From an uncultured virus (IMG/VR IMGVR_UViG_3300017917_004917) (lineage: Duplodnaviria; Heunggongvirae; Uroviricota; Caudoviricetes), in the IMG/VR virus record IMGVR_UViG_3300017917_004917: a stretch of 64,000 nucleotides of DNA. The stretch is one strand, 5' to 3'. The notes below the pieces were generated by a model. The model worked only from the letters and a program-made list of their open reading frames with translations, searched no databases and was not told the DNA's origin. Each line of letters starts with the position of its first letter. The stretch's first letter is position 1. Below, piece by piece: positions 25,967 to 34,746 of the stretch. The translations under genes were made by a program, and so were the position numbers.

Positions 25967-28791
25967 TATGATATTGTAATTTTAGATAAACCAGCCTTAG
26001 GATTATTTATAATTATATCAGGGTCAAGACCATCAATAACCTTAGTAACTTCGATTACATTGTCAGCAAAATCCTTAATTTCATTCCTATGTGTAATGAT
26101 TAAAACATTTTTATACTTATTTCTTAAGTAATTCAATATATTTACAACACCCATTGTTAAATCATCATCAAGAGTTCCAAATCCCTCATCAATAATCCTA
26201 AGTGATGGCTTTGTAAGCCTACTCATATATCTAAGCGCCTCTGTAATAACTATTGAGGCTATAAATTTTTGACTTCCAGACGCAGAAGATAAAGGTAAAG
26301 CATCTGACTTATCTTCACTAAAGAAAAATGTTTCAACAATATCTCCATTAGTTAAAATTTCAAGTTGTATTTTAAAATCAACAACTTCAGATAGTATAGA
26401 ATTAATCTTGCTATTTATGATTGGTAGCTTTTTTCTTATTATTGCAGCTGGAATTCCATCTCTATGAACAGCTTGTAGGTAAATAGAATATTTCTTAAAT
26501 AATTTTTCCGAATTATTAATATCACTAAGTTTTTCATTATAGTTAATTTTATTATTCTCAAGAACCTTTATTTCACCAAACACTTTGTTGATATTATTAT
26601 CAATGTTAAATAATGATAATTTATACGCCTTAAGCATTTCCTTTTTATCATCAATTTTTAATTGGATTTCAGAATTATTCTTTATCTTATCCTTATTTAT
26701 CTCAAATTTAGATATTTTTTGCTTAAGCTCCTCTAAATTCTTAGTGATAGAGTTTAACTTATCTTTATTCAATCTAAGTTCAGCAGTTTTTTTATCAATA
26801 TTACTATTATGTTCAATAATATCACTAGAAGCTTCTATTAATTTAATTTTACCATCAATTATTTTAATAGAGTCGTTTTTAACAACTATAGTTTCTTTGA
26901 ATAAATTAATTTTATCAACATACTCGTCAAACCTCTTATTGTGAATTATTATTTCATTGTTTTTATCAATTTCACCTTGCTTAAATTTAATTAATTCTTC
27001 AAACATATGCATATCATTAATACACTCCTCTTCCTTAATAGGGTTCGCAGTTTGCTCTATATGTCCACAAGTAGGACAACTCTTACCTTGATATGTTTGC
27101 ACTTTATTTTTAAGTTCAGAAATTTTATCCTTTAATTGATTTATCTCATTAGAAAAATTATCAACACACAATTCTTTGACCTTTGGGTTTTTAGAAATAA
27201 AATCTTCAATCTTCTCTAAATTAGATTCATAATTTAATAAAGAAATTTTTTCTTCTTCTAGCTTTTTCTTAAGAATATTAACATCTTCAACTTCATTAAA
27301 TGGCAATTCTCTTTTGAAGTTATTAGATAGCCATTCTTCATCAGATAAAATTTTAGAATTAATAATCACTATTTCTTCATCAATTGACTTAAGTTTATTA
27401 TTAGCTTCAATAATATTAGTTATTCCAGAATCTTCAATCTTCTCTAACTTACTTGTTAAATTTAAAATTTCATCATTAATATCACTTTGCTTTATTTCTA
27501 TCAATGATTTTTCTTCTTTAAATGAATTATAATCCTTTTGTTTTTCAGAAATTTCAATATCAATATCTTTTATTTTATTTTCAATTTCAATAGAATTTCC
27601 AAGGTCCTTTTGTTTTCTCTTAATATCATTAAAAAAGTTTTTAGCATAATCATGCCTATCCTTATATGACTCTAGACCAAGAAATCTGCTTATAAGAGTA
27701 TTTTTTGGTTGTTGAGATTGACTAATATAATCCCCACTTCCACCCTGAGCTTGTAGTGATGTTTTTGTAAAATCATCAAAAGTACCAATAGCCTCCTTAA
27801 CAAGTTCTTGAACTTCTCTTTGCTCCCCAGTTTTTTTATCAGATAACTTATCTTCCCATTTTTCACCTATAACAACACCATCTTCACTATATTCCTTTAC
27901 AAGCTTTTCATAACTGGTATTGAATGTGTTTTTACCTCCTTTGCTTGTTATTTTTCTTATAATTCTATATTTCTCACCATTTATAGTTAAATATTCAGTT
28001 ACATAACCATAATTTGAATCTGTGTAAATATTTACCAAAAAATTAGAACTATTCTGATTTCCTCCTAAAATTTCCTTATATAGACCCCAAACTATGGCCT
28101 TAACAACATTTGATTTTCCATTAAAGTTTTTACCAAAAATACCAGTAAGACCAGATATGCTGTCAAAATCAATTCTAATAGGTTTTTTGTCAAAAGATAA
28201 TATATTGCTTATTTCTATAGAATTAAGTTCCCAATCATTGATGTAATTTAGTTTATTTTCATCAATTTCCAGAGCCTCATCAACCTCCCTTGAGAACTTA
28301 ATAAGTTCATCCATTAACTCACTATCAATATTGTACTCGCCTTCATTGACATATTCCTTAAAGATTTCTTCAAAAGTATATTGCCTTGTTTCATCATCCT
28401 CTGAAACTTCTACAATTTCTCTTCTTATTTCATTAAATTCTACCCTTACACTTTCACATCCATACTTATCCTTAACAAGCCTTTTAATTTGATTTTCCTT
28501 CTCAACAGAGTAATTCTCCTCATAGTCTTCCCAAATAATATAAACCTTTGTCTTCTTCTTGTTATTACTAAATCTAATATTATCAATTCTTTCTTCAAAA
28601 TCCTCACCCCTAGCTATATCAAGCTTAGCAAAACCATAATCATTAAGAATAAACCTTCTCTCATGCGTGCAATCATCAGTGTCCCAAAGGAGATAACCCT
28701 TATTAATTGACTCCCCGAAGTTCTGTTGTATTAAACTGCCGACATATGCCGCAGTAGGTGATTTTCTTCTTATTTTTATCTTATTTCCCAT
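25966..28791 (-). CDS. sbcC: SbcC/Rad50 (gp46-like) ATPase fused to the C-terminal fragment of SbcD/Mre11
   Basis: N-terminal AYVGSLIQQNFGE...KGYLLWD; Walker A GKNFNGKS; Zn hook CPTCG; signature ASGSQK; IIDEGFGTLD; IITH. Confidence 0.9.
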   Translation of the reverse strand: MGNKIKIRRKSPTAAYVGSLIQQNFGESINKGYLLWDTDDCTHERRFILNDYGFAKLDIARGEDFEERIDNIRFSNNKKKTKVYIIWEDYEENYSVEKENQIKRLVKDKYGCESVRVEFNEIRREIVEVSEDDETRQYTFEEIFKEYVNEGEYNIDSELMDELIKFSREVDEALEIDENKLNYINDWELNSIEISNILSFDKKPIRIDFDSISGLTGIFGKNFNGKSNVVKAIVWGLYKEILGGNQNSSNFLVNIYTDSNYGYVTEYLTINGEKYRIIRKITSKGGKNTFNTSYEKLVKEYSEDGVVIGEKWEDKLSDKKTGEQREVQELVKEAIGTFDDFTKTSLQAQGGSGDYISQSQQPKNTLISRFLGLESYKDRHDYAKNFFNDIKRKQKDLGNSIEIENKIKDIDIEISEKQKDYNSFKEEKSLIEIKQSDINDEILNLTSKLEKIEDSGITNIIEANNKLKSIDEEIVIINSKILSDEEWLSNNFKRELPFNEVEDVNILKKKLEEEKISLLNYESNLEKIEDFISKNPKVKELCVDNFSNEINQLKDKISELKNKVQTYQGKSCPTCGHIEQTANPIKEEECINDMHMFEELIKFKQGEIDKNNEIIIHNKRFDEYVDKINLFKETIVVKNDSIKIIDGKIKLIEASSDIIEHNSNIDKKTAELRLNKDKLNSITKNLEELKQKISKFEINKDKIKNNSEIQLKIDDKKEMLKAYKLSLFNIDNNINKVFGEIKVLENNKINYNEKLSDINNSEKLFKKYSIYLQAVHRDGIPAAIIRKKLPIINSKINSILSEVVDFKIQLEILTNGDIVETFFFSEDKSDALPLSSASGSQKFIASIVITEALRYMSRLTKPSLRIIDEGFGTLDDDLTMGVVNILNYLRNKYKNVLIITHRNEIKDFADNVIEVTKVIDGLDPDIIINNPKAGLSKITIS

Positions 28792-29666
28792 TTTCTTATT
28801 TCATTTATTAATATACTCTCGAAGGTTTCTTTTTTTATGTCACTTTCCCAAAATCTAACCAAATTATACCCTTTTTCTTTTGCTATATAATTCTTAAATT
28901 CATCATTTGCTTTGTTTTTTTGTTGAGTTTCATTTAAAGTTATAAATCTAATTGGATTTGAGTGCCAATAATCTCCATCGGCCTCAACCAACAAATTGTA
29001 TTCTTTTAAATAAAAATCAAACATTCTTTTTTTACCTTCAAAAGAAACGCAAAAATTCTTTTTAAATTCTATTTTATTATCAACTAAAATTTCTTTTATC
29101 TTTTTTTCTATATTAGTTTCTTTTTTTAATAAGAGTTTTTTTCTTGCTCTCTCATGTGTTGTTAACCCTGTGTTTTTGATGCTTGTAACTTCGCATTTTT
29201 CTCTTATTTCTTTATTTTTCCAATTATGGTCAACTCCATATCTTTCTAAATTTGTAATTTTTCTCTTATTTTTAGATTCTTCATCTGTGCCTGGCCAATG
29301 ACCATTTTCATCTCTAAACCTTTCCTGTCCATATTTAACCTTTTGTCTATGCTCATCACTTTCCCACATCTTAGTAACTCGCTCAGACTGCCACTTTTTC
29401 CACTCTTCAGTGTGCTCTTGTCCATAAACTGGATTTCCATCCCCTTGATAGAGCTCCTTCTGGTGAGTGTCCTTGCATTTCCTGGAGCAATACTTTTTAC
29501 CAATCGTATTAATCCTATACTCCGTATCTTCAAACTCATTATTGCAGAATATGCAGTTAGCTTTTATTCTATCGGACTTCTTCTCTCTATACCCTTCGTG
29601 TTGACATTCGGTTGAGCAATATACCTTATTCTTAGTCTCTCTCTTACAGACTTTGCATTCTTTCAT
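28776..29666 (-). CDS. Free-standing homing-type endonuclease (Zn-finger repeats plus Vsr/DUF559-like nuclease)
   Basis: CKVC..YCSTEC, CIFC..YCSRKC, GNPVYG..HTEE (NUMOD3-like), TNLERYG, FDFY....LVEADGDYWH...GYNLVRFWE. Confidence 0.8.
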   Translation of the reverse strand: MKECKVCKRETKNKVYCSTECQHEGYREKKSDRIKANCIFCNNEFEDTEYRINTIGKKYCSRKCKDTHQKELYQGDGNPVYGQEHTEEWKKWQSERVTKMWESDEHRQKVKYGQERFRDENGHWPGTDEESKNKRKITNLERYGVDHNWKNKEIREKCEVTSIKNTGLTTHERARKKLLLKKETNIEKKIKEILVDNKIEFKKNFCVSFEGKKRMFDFYLKEYNLLVEADGDYWHSNPIRFITLNETQQKNKANDEFKNYIAKEKGYNLVRFWESDIKKETFESILINEIRKWEIR

Positions 29667-29721
29667 TTCTCTTCAGTTTTGTTGGATTATCAATTATAAA
29701 TACCAATAAAAAAACTAAAAA

Positions 29722-30036
29722 TCAATCAATATTTTCTATGTCAAAACCAAGTCTATACATTCTTGCTTTACCTCTCCATTCAAGCTCTTCATCTATAAAT
29801 TTTTCATTAGCCTTAAATCTAATCTTCCTGGAATCGTCTGAATTTTTTATGTCATAATATATTCCTTCTTCATCTTCTCTATAGTCCCAGATACCACCAA
29901 GCTTTTCTTCTCCTTTTTCGTCAACAACAACTTCAATCGCCATCCCAAGTGGGTGAAGAAATCGTCTATTCAACTCCTGAACATATCCTTTCTCACGAAA
30001 CTCTTTAATATCAATCTTTTTAATTTCTTTTCCCAT
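29722..30036 (-). CDS. Conserved phage hypothetical protein
   Basis: QELNRRFLHPLGMAI motif. Confidence 0.6.
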   Translation of the reverse strand: MGKEIKKIDIKEFREKGYVQELNRRFLHPLGMAIEVVVDEKGEEKLGGIWDYREDEEGIYYDIKNSDDSRKIRFKANEKFIDEELEWRGKARMYRLGFDIENID

Positions 30037-30050
30037 AATAGTATTTTAAA

Positions 30051-30776
30051 TTATTCTTTTACAATTTCCCAACCTTTAGCTTCATAATACTCAAAATCAT
30101 CTTCATCAATTAATTTCTCTTCCCACCTATCAAATGTTTGATACTCGTGAATATCACCAAGCATTACCATATCGAAATTGCTGAATGTACTAAGGCGCAT
30201 TAGGTTATCTCGCTTATCCTCATATCCATTATCCATTCTTGCTCCATACACAGTTCCATGATAGAATGCTACATATTTTTTGCCTGGCTCCTTTTTTTCT
30301 AAACTTAGAATTTCATTATCCTTACAAGAGTAAACACCATAAACAAGCTCGTCATTAATGTTATAGAATCCGCTATCTGGATAATAGTAAACTGCATTAT
30401 GACTATAGTCTATATCATTTTTGTTTTCATTAGTAACAATATAAGCCTTCTTAGCATCTCCGTCTTCAATTAAATTAGCAAGATAGAAGATAGGAGAAAT
30501 AGCATCTCCTTGCTCCAGCTGCTGAAGATTAAGGTCGTGATTTCCAAGAATAACATCTGTTGGCGCTATCTTGGCTAAGTTTAATAAAAATTCAGCCAAC
30601 AGATTGAATGAGCCAGGTGACATATTGATTTTATGGTGCACAAGGTCTCCTGCTACATAAATTCTATCTGGCATCTGTTTTCTAATGTCTTCATATAATC
30701 TACTAAACACTTGTTTATATTCATCATGTCTTGACCCAAAACGTATTTGTATGTCTGCTAAGTGGCAAATTTTCAT
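30051..30776 (-). CDS. sbcD: SbcD/Mre11 (gp47-like) nuclease, N-terminal fragment
   Basis: HLADIQ, AGDLVH, LGNHD, FYHG, LGDIH motifs; lacks the following YxGS motif. Confidence 0.85.
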   Translation of the reverse strand: MKICHLADIQIRFGSRHDEYKQVFSRLYEDIRKQMPDRIYVAGDLVHHKINMSPGSFNLLAEFLLNLAKIAPTDVILGNHDLNLQQLEQGDAISPIFYLANLIEDGDAKKAYIVTNENKNDIDYSHNAVYYYPDSGFYNINDELVYGVYSCKDNEILSLEKKEPGKKYVAFYHGTVYGARMDNGYEDKRDNLMRLSTFSNFDMVMLGDIHEYQTFDRWEEKLIDEDDFEYYEAKGWEIVKE

Positions 30777-30804
30777 TTTTTTTTATTTTAAATAAATGTT
30801 AATG

Positions 30805-30812
30805 CAAAAATA
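30805..30812 (-). promoter_or_regulatory. Bacteroidota sigma-A -7 element (TATTTTTG)
   Basis: TAnnTTTG match upstream of sbcD. Confidence 0.5.
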
Positions 30813-30822
30813 AACAAAAAAT

Positions 30823-31884
30823 TTAATTAATTATCAATTTTTTATAAATTTGCATATTTAAATCAAGTCTGCTAATATTTTTTATTGCATTAGCAACTTC
30901 TTTCTTACCATAATCCTCATAAATTTCTGATATATCTCTATTGAGAATATAATCCCTTTCTTTACCTTTTATTGATGGGTTTTTTTCTGCAAATTCTTTG
31001 TTATATTTAACTAAATCTACAAAAAATACATTTAACCCAAGAGAAGATAGAGTAATGTATGTTTCAATGGTTTTTTCTATAGCATCTGGGTCAAAACATA
31101 TAATTACAGTACTATTATGTTTAACCAACTCTCTTATAAGTAGTTCAGAAATTTCTTTGCCAAGTACTGGGATTGAATTTAGAATCCTTAACATATCAAA
31201 AACACCCTCAACAAGAAAAACTGGTAAATCCCAATTTATAAAATACTCATTAAATATAATATCATTCTTATGCACCTCGTCTCCAGGAGGTTTTATGTAT
31301 GGAATTACTTTTGGACCTTTAATATAAGACCTAGCTTCATAGTAGTTAAATTTTCCAAGCGCATTCTTTGATGGTATTATTATTCTAAATCTTCTAGGAC
31401 CAGTCTCGGTATATCCTATTTGATACTTATCAATAAGCGATGGGCTAACCTTTCTTTCATTAACTAAATAATTCCAAGCAAGATTATAAAGCTTTGTGTT
31501 TGTTTTTTTTCCCATAGGAATATACCCTTCAGGGAGACTGCATGTAATAAGATGATGGTCAGTCTTTGGTTTATTTGAATTTTTATCACCAAGGTTCTTA
31601 ATCTTATTTTTAGGTAGAATTGACTCAACTCTAGAAATGTCAGATGAAGAACCATAATCTTTAACTAGTTGATGGATAAAACCCTTATACCCACATTTCC
31701 AACATTTAAATAGATGTTTTTCAGCATTGTATTCAAGATTAAATTTATCTAAGTCATGACGACACTTTGGAGTTGGACAATTAAATTGCCACTGTTTTTT
31801 AGATAATGCATCATACTCACTTTTAGGTTCGCCTAAAAATCCCTTAACAATCTGCGCTATTATGTAGTTATTATTCTCCTCCAT
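30823..31884 (-). CDS. DNA primase (DnaG-like, Zn finger plus TOPRIM)
   Basis: FNCPTPKC..CWKCG, YL..ER, RIIIPS, ARS, LVEGVFD, CFDPDA. Confidence 0.88.
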   Translation of the reverse strand: MEENNNYIIAQIVKGFLGEPKSEYDALSKKQWQFNCPTPKCRHDLDKFNLEYNAEKHLFKCWKCGYKGFIHQLVKDYGSSSDISRVESILPKNKIKNLGDKNSNKPKTDHHLITCSLPEGYIPMGKKTNTKLYNLAWNYLVNERKVSPSLIDKYQIGYTETGPRRFRIIIPSKNALGKFNYYEARSYIKGPKVIPYIKPPGDEVHKNDIIFNEYFINWDLPVFLVEGVFDMLRILNSIPVLGKEISELLIRELVKHNSTVIICFDPDAIEKTIETYITLSSLGLNVFFVDLVKYNKEFAEKNPSIKGKERDYILNRDISEIYEDYGKKEVANAIKNISRLDLNMQIYKKLIIN

Positions 31885-31888
31885 ATTG

Positions 31889-31896
31889 CAAATTTA
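31889..31896 (-). promoter_or_regulatory. Bacteroidota sigma-A -7 element (TAAATTTG), 4 nt from the ATG
   Basis: TAnnTTTG match immediately upstream of primase. Confidence 0.45.
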
Positions 31897-31920
31897 AAGA
31901 ATTTTATTGAAAGTGGGAAA

Positions 31921-32463
31921 TTAATTTATTAAACCCTGTTCTTTCATAATATTAATATGACATAATCCTATCACGAATGCGTCACACATGTCAAAATTTT
32001 CATCTACAAGCTTAGCTGTCTTTGGACCATACTTCCAAACTATATGTGGCTCCCTATCTCTGACAAGAGTCCAAATAGCATGCTTATTTGATGCGCTATC
32101 TTTTAATTGTTTGAAGTCTGGGAATGCTATTTTTCTGGCTGTATTCACATTATAGTGTATGGGCTCAATTCCAAACATTTCATGAACAGTTCCACTAATT
32201 ATTCCATTAAAGAAATTTAAAAGAGCAATTGTATCTGCACTTGAGAATTTACCTTTAAACTTTTTTAAAGGCTCTTCAATTACAATGTGTTGTATGTTGG
32301 AGTTTTCAAGAAATTTAATTTGCTTCTTAAATTCCAGCCTTTTTTCGAATAGGCTAATTTTACTTCTAAACTTTACGTAATTAAGCTCCATAAGCTCTTT
32401 GCCATCTTCGCTAAATAGCGAGTAACCAATGCAACTTGTAGATATATCTAATGCAAGAATCAT
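31921..32463 (-). CDS. RuvC-like Holliday junction resolvase
   Basis: MILALDISTSCIGYS, IVIEEP, DMCDAFVIG; start moved to 32463. Confidence 0.8.
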   Translation of the reverse strand: MILALDISTSCIGYSLFSEDGKELMELNYVKFRSKISLFEKRLEFKKQIKFLENSNIQHIVIEEPLKKFKGKFSSADTIALLNFFNGIISGTVHEMFGIEPIHYNVNTARKIAFPDFKQLKDSASNKHAIWTLVRDREPHIVWKYGPKTAKLVDENFDMCDAFVIGLCHINIMKEQGLIN

Positions 32464-32603
32464 ATTTTTGTTTTTATAAAATATAAAAAAAGCTCCTGAT
32501 AATATCAAGAGCTCTCTATAAATAAATAATCTGTAAATATTTAGAATGATGTTTATTTCTATATTTTATAAACTACAATCATAATAAATTGATAATCAAG
32601 GAT

Positions 32604-33689
32604 TTAGACATCAATATCAAGATTGAATGTTATCAGGTTTGTATAATTTTTTTCAACTGGCCTATCAAGCTTAGCTACAGCAATCAATTCATCATTTTTG
32701 TTATAAAGTCCAATTTCTGTAACTTGCACTGGGTCAAATCCATTTGTTCCATTGTCAAGCTCTTGAATGTTAAACTCCAAATTCCAAGATGGATTCGTAG
32801 AGAATACAAATTCAGCAGGAAGAGCTAAGCAAACAACAGAGGTTCTAAAGTTTATGTTAATATCATTAAATGTAACTTGAGAAACAGAGGCTCCGCCTGA
32901 GAAATACATATTTGTTGTTCCAGATGTTGCTACATTTGTATGAAGTTCAAGACCTTGATTCCAAGGTATATTATCAACAATATCTGGGTGTGTCAATACC
33001 AAAAATCCCTTATCTAAAGATACATATCCAACAGGTATATCATAATTATAGCCCTGATTTGTTGTTGTTGGATATTTTTCCTCTACTTGAACTGCTAAAT
33101 TAACACCACTCCAAGGTCTGTTGTCACTATTTATATCTACAGCAAATAAGTCACTATATGCATGAGCTTGAGGTCTATTAACAAAAGGAACAACATTCCA
33201 TGTTGTCCTAGGCAAAAAGCTAGTTTGTCCACCAGTTGTAGTTCCAGTCCTAGGTAAGTTAATATCATCTGAAAATAAAAATGCTATATTATTACCAAGT
33301 AAAGTTGAATTTTGATACTTCTTAAGCTCTGTATATGTAGATGACACAACTGTTATAGTTGAACCGCTGACTTGAGGGACAGTAAATGTTACACTCCTAC
33401 CATCAATCATTTCATGATAATATTCAGTTGGTATTGGGGATATAACCATCTTATCAACATTTAACTGTTGTATATGTGGATTATTTAAAGATAGTGTAGA
33501 ACCTGTAGATAGTGCACTTTCTACGTGAGGAATTCTAAGTGAAAGAAAATAATTAGATTCTTTACTTGCAAGGTCGGTTCTATCACATAAAGTATAAGTT
33601 AAACCACTATCACTAACTGTCTTGAAATTAGCTTCTTCATGTCTAGTAGAAATAATGCTTGTTATATTTTTATAAGGTATATTTGCCAT
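32604..33689 (-). CDS. Tail/baseplate structural protein
   Basis: C-terminal VTEIGLYNKNDELIAVAKLDRP...FNLDIDV, a tail-collar-type motif. Confidence 0.7.
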   Translation of the reverse strand: MANIPYKNITSIISTRHEEANFKTVSDSGLTYTLCDRTDLASKESNYFLSLRIPHVESALSTGSTLSLNNPHIQQLNVDKMVISPIPTEYYHEMIDGRSVTFTVPQVSGSTITVVSSTYTELKKYQNSTLLGNNIAFLFSDDINLPRTGTTTGGQTSFLPRTTWNVVPFVNRPQAHAYSDLFAVDINSDNRPWSGVNLAVQVEEKYPTTTNQGYNYDIPVGYVSLDKGFLVLTHPDIVDNIPWNQGLELHTNVATSGTTNMYFSGGASVSQVTFNDININFRTSVVCLALPAEFVFSTNPSWNLEFNIQELDNGTNGFDPVQVTEIGLYNKNDELIAVAKLDRPVEKNYTNLITFNLDIDV

Positions 33690-33722
33690 TTTATAATTTA
33701 TTAATTTACATTTTTAAAAGCC

Positions 33723-34268
33723 TTATATCGTTTTAGTACTTAATTGAGAAGTAACATCTGGATTTACAGTAGCTAATTGATATAAATATTTGAAGTTAAT
33801 TCTAAATTCAGTACCTGAGGATACTTGATTTGATTGAAGTCCGTAAACAGTAAATTTAACTGTTTTATTGAACGTTCTTGTTTGTGTTATATTATAGCCA
33901 ACATTATCTATAATCCATGTAGTAAGTGCGTTTCTAAATTCATCTGGAACACCTGTCTTAAAGTCGTAATACCCATCTGCCATAGAAAGATTCTTTTGAG
34001 CAAATGTTACATACATAACACTAGAATTTGGCTGAGGTAACCAAAACTTAAGCCAATAAGAACCAGGGGCTGTAGTTGTCTGTAGAGGCACTAAAACCTT
34101 ATTCCCACTAATTGTAGATGCATTTAGTGCTATATTAAATGACCCAATAGGAACAGGGCCAGATGCTGTATGAGGTTCAATGAAGGTGTCTCCATTTTTA
34201 AGATTAGTTGTTGTAAAATTAACTTTATAGTTAATTACATTTATAGGGTTTTCATTTGGTATTGCCAT
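33723..34268 (-). CDS. Putative structural protein
   Basis: Beta-rich T/N/S composition, located in the tail module. Confidence 0.5.
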   Translation of the reverse strand: MAIPNENPINVINYKVNFTTTNLKNGDTFIEPHTASGPVPIGSFNIALNASTISGNKVLVPLQTTTAPGSYWLKFWLPQPNSSVMYVTFAQKNLSMADGYYDFKTGVPDEFRNALTTWIIDNVGYNITQTRTFNKTVKFTVYGLQSNQVSSGTEFRINFKYLYQLATVNPDVTSQLSTKTI

Positions 34269-34298
34269 TTTTATTTTATTTTATTTTTTATAAAACTT

Positions 34299-34706
34299 CT
34301 ATTGAATGGGTGGTATAGAATTCAACTCTGTTGTTGATATAATTCGCAGACTAGAAGCATCAATAACTAAAGTCGGAGGTGTGCCTGTTGTTATGTCTGT
34401 GCTATATGATACATTTGTTGGAGTATTGTCAAAAACATAGGCAATAAGATTAGATTGAACGTAATTTGCTGTAGTCTTAAGACACCCTTCATTCTTACCA
34501 GTAACATCTGGAACTTCTCCAGATTCCAAGAGTTGTATAGATTGATAGTTTGTGTCTGAGTCTGAAAGTGTAAATTTAGTTATTTCAAATAAATCATTTC
34601 CAGAGCTATCAAATCTGTTATTATTTTTGTTAAATAAATAGTTTCTGCCTGTCTCTGTCAAATAAGCGACTGCATAAACTGTTTCCGCTGAAGGTATATA
34701 TCCCAT
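34299..34706 (-). CDS. Tail/baseplate structural protein
   Basis: AYLTETGRNYL...ITKFTLSDSDTNY, paralogous to the N-terminus of 34747..36798. Confidence 0.65.
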   Translation of the reverse strand: MGYIPSAETVYAVAYLTETGRNYLFNKNNNRFDSSGNDLFEITKFTLSDSDTNYQSIQLLESGEVPDVTGKNEGCLKTTANYVQSNLIAYVFDNTPTNVSYSTDITTGTPPTLVIDASSLRIISTTELNSIPPIQ

Positions 34707-34746
34707 TTCTTATTATTTTATTATAAATATATTTAATTAAAAAAGT

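Noticed and set aside
28792..30050. Group I intron or split intein interrupting sbcD
   Set aside because: The gap is filled by two ORFs with spacers too short for a ribozyme core, and no intein terminal motifs (C/S start block, HN end) are present.
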